From positions 15,507 through 79,506 of IMG/VR virus record IMGVR_UViG_3300007960_000015: a DNA stretch of 64,000 nt, one strand, 5' to 3'. Each line of letters begins with the position of its first letter. Within the stretch, counting starts at the first letter, position 1. Shown in pieces: positions 18,665-28,610 of the stretch. The position numbers and the translations under genes were made by a program. Source of the stretch: a virus. Under the pieces are notes generated by a model that was not told where the DNA came from, made no database searches, and saw only the letters and a program-made list of their open reading frames with translations.

Positions 18665-19530
18665 TAAAATTAGAAAATAAAGATCTTTGGCTTACCTATT
18701 CATGGAGTAATAATAACCATGGAATATGTGGACATACCTATGAAGTTATTGATTATTGGTATATCTTAAAAGATAAAATGAATGTGGGTATTGTCTTATG
18801 TGAAGACATTGACTCAGATACATTATTTAAAGCTGTGAGGTGTAGATATAACTTTAATACTTTAGAGATATCGGAATTAGAAAACTCAGTTGTATTTCAT
18901 AATAGACCAAAGATACTTACTGGAGGCTCTAAAATATTATTTACAGATGGTGGTATTGTAAATATGAGTAATGTCACATTATTATATGATAAGATATATT
19001 ATATGGCTTGTGGTAATAAACAGGTAAAAGATAATAATAAAGATAATGTGTATATTCTACAAGATGATAGAGTATATGAGAGAGTTAAAAAGAATGGAAT
19101 ACATTATGTTAAGAAGATTCTATTTGATAAGTTAAAGAAGCCAAGAGGGCAGTTAAATAATACTTTGGTTTATGGAACTAAGAATTGCAGACATATTGAA
19201 GATTATAGTGATTTACATCAATATGGCAATCTTTTAATTGTAACTAATAAAGAGAATAAACCTAAGGGATTGGTATCACTCCAGCCTCCAGTGCCTGATA
19301 TATTCAGATTATTTAAGACATATGTGTATACACCAGTAGCTAGGAAATGGGATTGTTCTCCAAGATTTTTAGCAGAATGTGTATACTTCAATAAAGAAGT
19401 TATCTTTCATAATATAGATTATTGGGAAGAGGATCACGGATTAAGAGTTAGATGGGACGATATCCAAAATAATTTTGAGAGTTTATATCTTAAAGAAGAT
19501 GATCCAATAATAGAGATTTTAAATGATTAG
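18652..19530 (+). CDS. Putative GT-B glycosyltransferase-like protein
   Basis: DCSPRFLAECVYFNKEV motif; paralog of the previous ORF. Confidence 0.4.
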   Translation: MSAIVKLENKDLWLTYSWSNNNHGICGHTYEVIDYWYILKDKMNVGIVLCEDIDSDTLFKAVRCRYNFNTLEISELENSVVFHNRPKILTGGSKILFTDGGIVNMSNVTLLYDKIYYMACGNKQVKDNNKDNVYILQDDRVYERVKKNGIHYVKKILFDKLKKPRGQLNNTLVYGTKNCRHIEDYSDLHQYGNLLIVTNKENKPKGLVSLQPPVPDIFRLFKTYVYTPVARKWDCSPRFLAECVYFNKEVIFHNIDYWEEDHGLRVRWDDIQNNFESLYLKEDDPIIEILND

Positions 19531-20356
19531 CATTGAGATTATCGAAGGCTGTAATTTTAAGTGTTACTTTTGTGCGGCCAAAGATATTGACAAATATAAG
19601 TTTATGGATATTGATGTCTTTAAGAAAGCTGTGCTTGAGGCGAGGGAACTAGGTATTAAGACAGTTGATATGATTCCTTCCAGAGGTGATCCATTTCTTC
19701 ATCCGCACATTTATGAGATGTTAGACTTCATAAATGAGCATATGGAAGAGATTTTAATATTTACTAATGCTACTCCTGTTAATGTAGCTAAGCTAAGTCA
19801 GTGTAATCTATCCCACACTATATTATCCATCTCTCTTTATGGAAAGACAACAGAAAAATTTATTGAGTTAACAAAGACAGATGAGAGAATGTTTAATAAA
19901 TTTAATAAAAAGCTGAGGGAACTAGATGAGGCTGGTATAAAATATAACATAGAGAGAAGGGATGAGGACTATGAATTCGATACTCATGGAGTAGCAAAAA
20001 ACGATTTTGATGCGTCTCAGAAGTGTAAATTTCATCATATACCGAAGATTCTTGTGGATGGTAGTGTAACATTCTGCCGTACTGCCTGGAGTAGTAATGG
20101 TCTTTCTATTGGTAATCTATCTAACAAAGACCTACATGATATGTTATCAGATCCTATAAGATATAAGTTTATGGACTCCCAAAGTATATGTGAACATGCA
20201 TGTGATTCATATGAGATTAATTGTAACACAAAGACAACATTCGCTGCTATAAAACTGATGAGTGAAAGCAGAGCTAGATACTTAAGTAGTCATGTTGATA
20301 CTGAAATTAGATATAAGAAATTAGAAAATGAGACTATACAACGAACTGAGTCATAG
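19523..20356 (+). CDS. Radical SAM protein (twitch/SPASM-like C-terminus)
   Basis: CNFKCYFC, GDPFLHP, TNA; C...DGSVTFC...IGNL...CEHAC. Confidence 0.85.
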   Translation: MISIEIIEGCNFKCYFCAAKDIDKYKFMDIDVFKKAVLEARELGIKTVDMIPSRGDPFLHPHIYEMLDFINEHMEEILIFTNATPVNVAKLSQCNLSHTILSISLYGKTTEKFIELTKTDERMFNKFNKKLRELDEAGIKYNIERRDEDYEFDTHGVAKNDFDASQKCKFHHIPKILVDGSVTFCRTAWSSNGLSIGNLSNKDLHDMLSDPIRYKFMDSQSICEHACDSYEINCNTKTTFAAIKLMSESRARYLSSHVDTEIRYKKLENETIQRTES

Positions 20357-21335
20357 AGAAATTGAAATAGATTATGATACTCCATATTGTAATCGTGGTA
20401 AATTAGATACAGGAACTCACTGTAACTATCGCTGTGGCTTTTGTTATTACTATAATCAGTTAGACCAGAAGACTCCCTTTAAGGAAGTTAAAAAAAGAAT
20501 AGATCATTTGGTTGAATGTGGTATTGCTGAAGCAGATTTATCTGGTGGTGAGAGCTCTATACATGCAGACTGGTTTAATATCCTGGATTACTGTAAAGAA
20601 AAAGGATTGAAAGTTTCTTGTCTCTCAAATGGATCAATGTTTTCTAAGTATGAATTTTTAGAGAAATCAAAGCAGCATGGATTAGATGAGATACTTTTTT
20701 CTTTACATGGCTTTGATGAAGAAAGTCATAATAAATTAGTTGGTGTTAAGGCCGGCTTCAGAAAGATAACTCAATCAATAGTGTTTGCAAATCAGTTAGG
20801 TATTAAGGTAAGACTTAATTGTACTGTAACAAAAGACAATTATAAGGAACTAGATAACAAGTTTGTTGATCTTGTCCATCAGTTTGATGTAGCACAAGTT
20901 AATTTTCTAACTCTAAACTATTGGGACGATGCAAATGCACAGGATGCATTCCCATATAAGGAAGCAACAGAGTCAATAAAAAGAGCTATTGATAAGTTAG
21001 AAGTACCAGACAAAAGAGTACGTTATACTCCCTTCTGCTATCTTAAGGGTTACGAAAAACACCTCTTCGGGTATTATCAACATATCTATGACCTCTCTGA
21101 TTGGAATATCGCTACCTATGGACATACTATTGATCCGAGAGAGTATGTCGGTAACGAGTTAAAGCATTTATATTTAGCTGCTGAGAGGCAGAGAAACGCA
21201 ACTTATAAGAAAAATAAAGAGTGCCTGGATTGTAAACATTATTATATCTGTGATGGATATGAAAAGAAACATGGTGAACTGGAAGTGTTTCCAGAGCCTG
21301 GGGAAAAGATTAAGAAGGTAACACATTACTTATGA
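20328..21335 (+). CDS. Radical SAM protein
   Basis: CNYRCGFC, SGGES, SNG, FSLHG; C-terminal CLDCKHYYICDG. Confidence 0.9.
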   Translation: MRLYNELSHREIEIDYDTPYCNRGKLDTGTHCNYRCGFCYYYNQLDQKTPFKEVKKRIDHLVECGIAEADLSGGESSIHADWFNILDYCKEKGLKVSCLSNGSMFSKYEFLEKSKQHGLDEILFSLHGFDEESHNKLVGVKAGFRKITQSIVFANQLGIKVRLNCTVTKDNYKELDNKFVDLVHQFDVAQVNFLTLNYWDDANAQDAFPYKEATESIKRAIDKLEVPDKRVRYTPFCYLKGYEKHLFGYYQHIYDLSDWNIATYGHTIDPREYVGNELKHLYLAAERQRNATYKKNKECLDCKHYYICDGYEKKHGELEVFPEPGEKIKKVTHYL

Positions 21336-21973
21336 ATATTCTAGTTATTGGTGGTGGCGAATATGGAAAGTTCGGCAACGACTTTGTAATAAAGGCAAGA
21401 GAAGATGGACATAGAGTCCTTGTCTTATCTCATAGAAGAAGAGCAGATGATCCAGATCAGGTTATTGCTAACTTCACATCAACAAATGATATTATAGAGA
21501 AGGTAAATTTTTTATGTAAATTAGTTGACCAAATCGATATTATGTTGTATAATACATCTGCCGATGGGGAGCCCAGGGTGCCTATAGCCTATACGAGTGG
21601 TGGTGTTATTAATGAGAGTCTTTATCTGTTTAACTTCAGACTTCATGCTGTTATTCCTCATGTAATTGCTAATACTGTAATGGAATATATGAGGGGCGGA
21701 AAGATGATCTTTATTACTACCGACATGATTCATGATAGAGAAAGAAGTAAGTATCTTGAGAATGTTGGTTATTGTGGCGGTAAGGCATTCCAGCATCAGT
21801 TAATGTTAGCGTTAGCTGAATATAATGATAGGAACTTAACTGTATCTTCTATCTCTCCTTTCTTTGATTATAATAATAAAGAGTGTTATAAGTCAGTATT
21901 TGATGCCGCATACAATTATATTTTTGATCATGGAGAAGAGATGAATGGAAAGATATTCGAGTGTTTTGATTAA
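21332..21973 (+). CDS. Short-chain dehydrogenase/reductase-like protein
   Basis: ILVIGGGEYGKFG Rossmann motif; YCGGK (YxxxK). Confidence 0.65.
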   Translation: MNILVIGGGEYGKFGNDFVIKAREDGHRVLVLSHRRRADDPDQVIANFTSTNDIIEKVNFLCKLVDQIDIMLYNTSADGEPRVPIAYTSGGVINESLYLFNFRLHAVIPHVIANTVMEYMRGGKMIFITTDMIHDRERSKYLENVGYCGGKAFQHQLMLALAEYNDRNLTVSSISPFFDYNNKECYKSVFDAAYNYIFDHGEEMNGKIFECFD

Positions 21974-22608
21974 TGCATGATGATTACTACCTTGGTGGAT
22001 ATGATGATGAAGGAACATACACCTTATATGTTACCTATAAGTGTAACTGGAGATGTGACTATTGCTCAGAAGATACATGGAATAGACCGAGGGTTAATAA
22101 CCTGCAGGAGAAACTTGACGCCATTGTAGAAGGATCGGATGTATCAATTACTGGTGGAGAGCCAGGTATCCTTCCTAAGGATATAATGGAAGATGTCATT
22201 AGGCAACTGAAAGAAAAGAAATGTATAATAAATGTCAATACAAATGGAACATTTTTTAAGAGGTTTAAGTATCTTGATGAACAGGTAGATAGTTATCTCT
22301 ATCATTGTTCAGAGCAATTAGAGGATGAAGAGATTATTATCCCTGACATTGATCAGAATAAGATACAATACATGTTAGTCATTACAGATGACAATATGGA
22401 TAGGTTAGAATATTATGTAAGTAAGTATCCTAATATAAACTTTTTAGTGTTTGGAGCTGATAATGTTATTGGTAAAGGACTATCAAGGAAGAATGGTTTT
22501 GAGATATCAAGAAAGTACAGGGGAAGGATAGATGATGATTCACATATACATTTGATTACAACCTGCTGGGAAGTAAATCAGATGAGGAATCTAAGAGCAT
22601 TACGATGA
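21973..22608 (+). CDS. Minimal radical SAM protein (short paralog 1 of 3)
   Basis: CNWRCDYC, TGGEPG, TNG, YHCSE. Confidence 0.85.
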   Translation: MHDDYYLGGYDDEGTYTLYVTYKCNWRCDYCSEDTWNRPRVNNLQEKLDAIVEGSDVSITGGEPGILPKDIMEDVIRQLKEKKCIINVNTNGTFFKRFKYLDEQVDSYLYHCSEQLEDEEIIIPDIDQNKIQYMLVITDDNMDRLEYYVSKYPNINFLVFGADNVIGKGLSRKNGFEISRKYRGRIDDDSHIHLITTCWEVNQMRNLRALR

Positions 22609-23177
22609 AGGAAGTAGAATTATCATTAACTAATAAGTGTCAATGGCACTGTGATTATTGTGTAGCTGATATACATAATCAACCTCTTCGTAAATATAAA
22701 GATGTATTAGAAGATGCGAGGAATATATTACCTAAAACAGAAGTAACTTTTTCTGGTGGTGAGCCTGGCCTTCTTAAAAGAGAACAGATTAAGGAGTTAA
22801 TTTCTATACTGGAAGAAAAAAACTGTCCGATAGATCTATTAACTAACGGACTTTTCATAAAGAGATTTCCTGATTTATTAAAACATTTTGGAAAGGTTCA
22901 TTATCATTGTGTAGAATATATCGGAGATGACATTGAATTTCCTAATAGAGATGATGTAATATATTGTGTTGTGGTTGAAGATAAGAACTTATTAGACGGA
23001 AGTTTAATTAAGATGATTAATAGATATCCTCATATTAAATTTTTAACTTTATTTGACGTAAGGAACCAACACAAGATTAATCTTAATAATATGAAGAAGT
23101 TTGTTAATGAATATAAAGATAAGATACATCCTACGGCTTTAGATGAATTCATTACTGTAGTGAGTAGGTGGCATTGA
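22605..23177 (+). CDS. Minimal radical SAM protein (short paralog 2 of 3)
   Basis: CQWHCDYC, SGGEPG, TNG, YHCVE. Confidence 0.85.
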   Translation: MKEVELSLTNKCQWHCDYCVADIHNQPLRKYKDVLEDARNILPKTEVTFSGGEPGLLKREQIKELISILEEKNCPIDLLTNGLFIKRFPDLLKHFGKVHYHCVEYIGDDIEFPNRDDVIYCVVVEDKNLLDGSLIKMINRYPHIKFLTLFDVRNQHKINLNNMKKFVNEYKDKIHPTALDEFITVVSRWH

Positions 23178-23782
23178 TGGCTATACAAGCGAAAGAAAAA
23201 GAAATTGAATTAGTTATTACTTGGACTTGTCAATGGCATTGTGAATATTGTTGTGTAGATACTCATAACAGGCCTAAATTATCTTTTGATGAAGTTAAAA
23301 AGAAATTAGATAAAATTATACCCGGATATAATGTGACATTATCTGGCGGTGAACCTGGTGCTCTAAAAAGAGAGCAATTAGAATTTTTATTAGATGAGCT
23401 TGAGAAGAGAGGATGTGAACCTTCTATCAATACTAATGGTTTATTCTTAAAGAAGTATCCAGATCTTATTGATAGATTCGCCACGATATTGTATCATTGT
23501 AGTGAAGATATTAATTTGGATGATCCATTGTTAATAGGTGATTATGAATATCTATTAATAGTAACCGATAATAACTTTGAAAGGCTAGGACCATTTTTAG
23601 ACAAGTATCCGGATATACAATTTAATTTAGTAGCTGCTACCAATCCGAAGGGAATATACGGTGTTACTTTATCTATTGAAAACAAACATAAAATGTTAAA
23701 ACTATACCATAATAGAATGACTAAAGAATCTATTAAGAGAGTATTTAAAGAGAAAGATTTTGATGCAATCACCTATCTATAA
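23177..23782 (+). CDS. Minimal radical SAM protein (short paralog 3 of 3)
   Basis: CQWHCEYC, SGGEPG, TNG, YHCSE; start at ATG 23177 (TGATG overlap). Confidence 0.85.
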   Translation: MAIQAKEKEIELVITWTCQWHCEYCCVDTHNRPKLSFDEVKKKLDKIIPGYNVTLSGGEPGALKREQLEFLLDELEKRGCEPSINTNGLFLKKYPDLIDRFATILYHCSEDINLDDPLLIGDYEYLLIVTDNNFERLGPFLDKYPDIQFNLVAATNPKGIYGVTLSIENKHKMLKLYHNRMTKESIKRVFKEKDFDAITYL

Positions 23783-24647
23783 AGAACAAAATAAAGAAGA
23801 CATAATCAGGATTGAATTAGAATTAACTTCTCTTTGCAATCTTAAATGTCCCTTATGTGTAAGAGAAACATTTCCGGTTGCCAAATATGATACAAGAGGG
23901 TATAATAGTATTATTGAGCAATTAAATGAGTATTCGAATCTTAAATTTGTAACTATAGCCGGTGCGATAAGTGAACCTACTAGTCATCCCGATCTATTTA
24001 AAATAATACAGTATCTTAATGATAGAGATATTGAAATTTCATTATACATTAACGGTGATACTAAAACAGATTTATATTACTCTAAATTAGGATTAATATT
24101 TAGGGGATGTAAGGGCCATGTCTATTTCACTATTGCTGGATCAACACAAGAACTCCATGAGAGATATAGAGTAGGATCAGATAGACAAAGGGTATTAAGG
24201 CGTTTAGATTTAGTTAACAAATATTCTGGTAATAAAGGCATATTAACGTGGTTGGTATTTAATTATAATCAGGAGGATTTTGAACAGAACTATCAATATT
24301 ATAAAGACAGATATAATACTGAGTTCTTTCATACTCTTCCTTTCCAAGAACATTTTAATTGGGATATAGATATACACCTACCTAAAAAAGAACATGAATT
24401 GTATATAACTCAGATTAATAGAAATGTATATCCAACAACTTGCGTATCTAATCAAAATAACTTTGTACAGATATTACATGATGGGGAGGTAACTCCCTGT
24501 TCTTTATATAGACTCCATGGTGAAAAACATTGTTGGGAGTGCCATAAAGAAAACCTGGATATGTTAAGAAAGAATAAGATTTATAATATAGCAGAGAGTG
24601 AAACTGAGACCTCTGAAATACCATTAAGGTTGTATTATGATTGTTAG
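23763..24647 (+). CDS. Radical SAM protein (SEPT-type paralog 1 of 3)
   Basis: CNLKCPLC, GAISEPT, FTIAGSTQELHERYR; C-terminal Cys cluster. Confidence 0.85.
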   Translation: MQSPIYKEQNKEDIIRIELELTSLCNLKCPLCVRETFPVAKYDTRGYNSIIEQLNEYSNLKFVTIAGAISEPTSHPDLFKIIQYLNDRDIEISLYINGDTKTDLYYSKLGLIFRGCKGHVYFTIAGSTQELHERYRVGSDRQRVLRRLDLVNKYSGNKGILTWLVFNYNQEDFEQNYQYYKDRYNTEFFHTLPFQEHFNWDIDIHLPKKEHELYITQINRNVYPTTCVSNQNNFVQILHDGEVTPCSLYRLHGEKHCWECHKENLDMLRKNKIYNIAESETETSEIPLRLYYDC

Positions 24648-25548
24648 TAAAGCGGATATTGAAGAAATAGAAATGGATTTGGTGGGGATGTGTAATCTAT
24701 CGTGTCCTCTGTGTACTAGAAATTATGTTCATGCAGAACATATGCTATCTAAAAATGTACGCCATATTGATGAGATAATTAAACAATTAGATCAATATCC
24801 CAACTTACAAAGGTTCTTTGTTGCTGGCGCTGTATCTGAACCTACTATGTACAAATACTTCGATGAATTTATTGATTATTTAAATAGCAGAGACATATAT
24901 TATGAAATATTCACTAATGGTAATACAAGAAGTGAAGATTGGTGGTATCAATTAGGACAGAAGGTTCCTTCAAAATGTTTTACAGCATTTACTATATGTG
25001 GAAGCAATCAAGAAATGCATGAGAAATATAGAGTAGGTTCTTCATTAGATGAAATCCTAAGGCATGCCAGGGCTTATAGAAAGGCCGGAAAGAATAATGA
25101 TATGATACAAACTATTAGATTTGATTATAATAAAGAAGATTTAGAGTCATCTCAAATGAAAGAACTTATTGATGAGTTCTCTCTTCATCTTCCTGTTGAT
25201 ACTGAAGGAATAAGAAGGCGTAATGAATATCAAGAAGATGTAGCAGATGGTGTACAGCCCATTGAGATTAGAGATCAACTTATTAAACAATTATTTGCGA
25301 GAAGACCTAAACCAGATGATGGAAAGGAATATACTATACAATGTAACTCCATAAAGAATAAAAAAATATACATTAATCAATATGGACAGGTAGCTGCTTG
25401 TTATATCCACGCAGAGAATGAACAGGATTATTTTGACGATGTAATGGATTATGGTGATATTTTAGAATTTAAATACCCGGATTGTTTTGTATGTGAAAAA
25501 CAAACGAGAACATTTATTGAAAAAATGGGATTAGAATTTATATGTTAA
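24637..25548 (+). CDS. Radical SAM protein (SEPT-type paralog 2 of 3)
   Basis: CNLSCPLC, GAVSEPT, FTICGSNQEMHEKYR; C...ACY...CFVC. Confidence 0.85.
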   Translation: MIVSKADIEEIEMDLVGMCNLSCPLCTRNYVHAEHMLSKNVRHIDEIIKQLDQYPNLQRFFVAGAVSEPTMYKYFDEFIDYLNSRDIYYEIFTNGNTRSEDWWYQLGQKVPSKCFTAFTICGSNQEMHEKYRVGSSLDEILRHARAYRKAGKNNDMIQTIRFDYNKEDLESSQMKELIDEFSLHLPVDTEGIRRRNEYQEDVADGVQPIEIRDQLIKQLFARRPKPDDGKEYTIQCNSIKNKKIYINQYGQVAACYIHAENEQDYFDDVMDYGDILEFKYPDCFVCEKQTRTFIEKMGLEFIC

Positions 25549-26420
25549 TTGAAGAAATTGAAATTGAATTAACCTCTATATGTAATGCGAAATGCCAATT
25601 GTGTTATAGGAATTATAAAAGTTATAAGCCCACTAAAATCATTAGACCTATTGATGATGTTATATCTCAATTGGATAGTTATAAGTCACTTAAACGCATT
25701 AAATTAGTAGGAGTAGAATCGGAGCCTACTATCCATCCTGAGTTTCTTAAATTGATTACTTGGCTAAAATCAGAGGATATTCATATTGAAATATGTACTA
25801 ACGGCGATACTAAAACACCTGCCTTTTGGAGAAAATTGGGTATACTATTAGATAAGGACGATGAAGTTTATTTTACTATATGTGGAAGTACTCAAGAGCT
25901 ACATCAAAGATATAGAAGAAATACCAGATTAGATAAAATACTTAGGAATGCGGCTGCTATGAGGGAAGCAGGAAAGCCGACCGATTATGCACAATGTATT
26001 AGATTCTCATATAATGACGAGGACTTTAATAGTAAGAAATTTCAGGATATGGTATCTGTATTCTCCAACGTCTATTGGACTGAAACCTATCTCCATAAAG
26101 ATTTAAATAATTATGTTGATATTGAAGGGATGGAATATTTAACCCCACCTATACAAAAGCAAGATAGTTATTATAAGGTAGAATTATTAGCTGATGCTTT
26201 ATATAAAGCAGATGGATTTAAAGAGACATTATGTATGGCTGAAGAAAGTAAGTCGATTCAGATAGATGTTCATGGTAATCTATATCCGTGTTATCTTCAT
26301 AAAGAAGCTGATATTCCGTGGACGGGTGAGTATGGAAGTGGAGAGATTGAAACATGCAAGTTTTGTATTAAAGGCGTTAGACAATTATGTCATGATAAAC
26401 AATTGGAGTATGTAATATGA
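25542..26420 (+). CDS. Radical SAM protein (SEPT-type paralog 3 of 3)
   Basis: CNAKCQLC, GVESEPT, FTICGSTQELHQRYR; C...PCY...CKFC. Confidence 0.85.
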   Translation: MLIEEIEIELTSICNAKCQLCYRNYKSYKPTKIIRPIDDVISQLDSYKSLKRIKLVGVESEPTIHPEFLKLITWLKSEDIHIEICTNGDTKTPAFWRKLGILLDKDDEVYFTICGSTQELHQRYRRNTRLDKILRNAAAMREAGKPTDYAQCIRFSYNDEDFNSKKFQDMVSVFSNVYWTETYLHKDLNNYVDIEGMEYLTPPIQKQDSYYKVELLADALYKADGFKETLCMAEESKSIQIDVHGNLYPCYLHKEADIPWTGEYGSGEIETCKFCIKGVRQLCHDKQLEYVI

Positions 26421-27208
26421 AAAATATATTAATTACTGGGGGCGGAGGAACTATAGGTGCTGGCTTAGTTAAAAGTTTATATGAAAGATATAATGTAATA
26501 GCACAAGATATTTCTGAATATAATTTATATAAGTTAAAGCGCGAAATACCCTCGTTAAAGATATCTTGTGGTGATTTAAAAAATAGAAATTATGTGCGTC
26601 GTCTATTTGATAATAATGAGATAGATACCGTATTCCATTGCGCTGCCTATAAACATGTGGATTTACAAGAAGAGGATTTTCAAACGACCTGGGATAATAA
26701 TGTTAAGCCTGTTATTAATATTCTTAATCATGAGTTTGATACATTCGTTTTATTATCTACAGATAAGGCGGTGGACGCTGTGAATAATATGGGGAAGACA
26801 AAGAGAAAATGCGAAACCTTAACAAAATCATCTGATAATCAGAAGAATAGAAAAATCGTAAGGTTTGGTAATGTATATGGATCTTCAGGATCATTTATTG
26901 AGACTATGAATTGGCAAATAGAAAATAATATGCCGGTTACCATTACTGATGTGGACATGTCAAGATATTTTCTTACATTAGATGAGGCTGTAGAAATGTT
27001 AGAAAAGGTGGTTGAAATCGATGAGGGAAATGGGACATATATATTAGACATGGGAGAAGAGGTTAAGATTATTGACCTTGTGCCACCTTTGCATCCTATT
27101 GATATTATCGGAATAAGACCTGGTGAAAAGATTAAAGAAGTATTGTATTCCGGAAACCAGGAATTAATTGATACAAGTGATGAGAAAATTAAAAAAATAT
27201 TATGGTAA
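26417..27208 (+). CDS. UDP-GlcNAc 4,6-dehydratase (CapD/PglF/PseB-like catalytic domain)
   Basis: TGGGGTIG, FHCAAYKHV, STDKAV, VRFGNVYGSSGS, GIRPGEK. Confidence 0.85.
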   Translation: MKNILITGGGGTIGAGLVKSLYERYNVIAQDISEYNLYKLKREIPSLKISCGDLKNRNYVRRLFDNNEIDTVFHCAAYKHVDLQEEDFQTTWDNNVKPVINILNHEFDTFVLLSTDKAVDAVNNMGKTKRKCETLTKSSDNQKNRKIVRFGNVYGSSGSFIETMNWQIENNMPVTITDVDMSRYFLTLDEAVEMLEKVVEIDEGNGTYILDMGEEVKIIDLVPPLHPIDIIGIRPGEKIKEVLYSGNQELIDTSDEKIKKILW

Positions 27209-27801
27209 ATAATAATGATTTTATAGAATTATTTGAAAAGAGGTTATGTGAATTTACCGGTGCACCTTACGCTGTTGCAGTAGATTGTTGTACTAATGCT
27301 ATCCTCCTTAGTGTAGTTGCTTCTAATATTAATAGTATAATCACTCTTCCAAGTAATACCTATCTTTCTGTTCCTATGACGTTAATTAATAATGGCTATG
27401 ATATATCATTCCATGATTATAAGTGGAATGAGTCTTATAAAGTAACACACAATATATGGGATTGTGCTGTTGGTTTTAAAGAAGGCATGTATTCAGTAGG
27501 ACAAGTTCAATGTTTATCCTTCCAACAAAAAAAGAGATTACCTATAGGGAAGGGAGGAGCCATATTAACTGATGATATGGAGTTAGCAAAGAAACTTCGT
27601 AGATTAAGGCACGATGGTAGAGACTCTTCAATTCCTGTTGTTGATGATGATCCCAAGAAAATTACAATAGGTTATCATATGTACATGAGCCCCGATCAGG
27701 CTGCGAAGGGTATACTCCTTCTTAATCAAATCCAAGAATATAAAAAATCAGGATGGTATGATTATCCTGACATTTCTAAATTACCATGCTTTACGCCTTA
27801 A
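27202..27801 (+). CDS. DegT/DnrJ/EryC1/StrS sugar aminotransferase (compact)
   Basis: FE..LCEFTGAPYAVAVD, WDCA, LSFQQKK..IGKGGAILTDD, LRHDG; only 199 aa. Confidence 0.8.
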   Translation: MVNNNDFIELFEKRLCEFTGAPYAVAVDCCTNAILLSVVASNINSIITLPSNTYLSVPMTLINNGYDISFHDYKWNESYKVTHNIWDCAVGFKEGMYSVGQVQCLSFQQKKRLPIGKGGAILTDDMELAKKLRRLRHDGRDSSIPVVDDDPKKITIGYHMYMSPDQAAKGILLLNQIQEYKKSGWYDYPDISKLPCFTP

Positions 27802-28610
27802 TTGCTGCTATAGAATCTGAGTTTAACGACACTAACGTTAATACAGGAATATGTGAATCTTGTAAAAGACGTTTGGAAAGTGAAGCTATTGAATGTTTTA
27901 GTAAGTGGAGAGAGAATGGCGGATGGTTAAAAGATATTCCGATCTATGCTGTATGCCCCACTAAAAACGTTATATCAGAAGATACAAAAGAGAAATTCAA
28001 TGAATTGAATGTAACTTATATTGAAGAATATAAAAGTGTAACCGAAACATTTACTTCAGGATTCTTAAATATTCCTTTAATAGGAATGATGATGGAAGAA
28101 AGATTAAAAGAAGATTTCTTTATTAAAATAGATTTGGATATGAATCTAATTAAACCTCTTCCGAAGAGTATGTTTGAAAATGATATTACATTAGGACAGT
28201 ATGATGATTATTGTACGAAGATGCAAAGAGGTGGTTTAGACGGCTCTAATCCTATGGATACCGGATTCTTAATATCTAAAAGAAAGAGCGGCATATACAA
28301 ACATTGGTTTGATATAGTAATGAGTATAATGGGAAGTGATGATCCTGAGTGGTTAAAGGTAAAAGCACAAACAGGGGAATACTTTTTAGAAGAATTCTGT
28401 ATGGATAAAATAGTATCATCAAATAAATTTGATATTAAATTAATTCAGAAATATCAAATAGGGGAATGGTACACACCTGTGAAAGAATATAGCGACGCGG
28501 AATTAGAAAATGTATATTTTTGGCATGAACATATCGAATATGATAAACAAGGATATGATAAGATTCGTGAGAAAATAGAATATCTAAAGAGAATAAATGG
28601 TAAACAGTAA
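27786..28610 (+). CDS. Putative GT-A glycosyltransferase
   Basis: FIKIDLDM (DxD) and a downstream DTGFLI motif resembling GT8; context. Confidence 0.5.
   Translation: MLYALIAAIESEFNDTNVNTGICESCKRRLESEAIECFSKWRENGGWLKDIPIYAVCPTKNVISEDTKEKFNELNVTYIEEYKSVTETFTSGFLNIPLIGMMMEERLKEDFFIKIDLDMNLIKPLPKSMFENDITLGQYDDYCTKMQRGGLDGSNPMDTGFLISKRKSGIYKHWFDIVMSIMGSDDPEWLKVKAQTGEYFLEEFCMDKIVSSNKFDIKLIQKYQIGEWYTPVKEYSDAELENVYFWHEHIEYDKQGYDKIREKIEYLKRINGKQ

Noticed and set aside
20328-21335. Viperin-like call from CNYRCGFC
   Set aside because: Lacks viperin's flanking motifs and has a C-terminal auxiliary Cys cluster; left as a generic radical SAM.
6021-23782. 7-deazaguanine DNA modification (QueC-like SGGxDS plus QueE-like rSAM)
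   Set aside because: The PP-loop proteins lack QueC's Cys zinc site and have the AsnB-type GD motif; no FolE, QueD or DpdA in the window.
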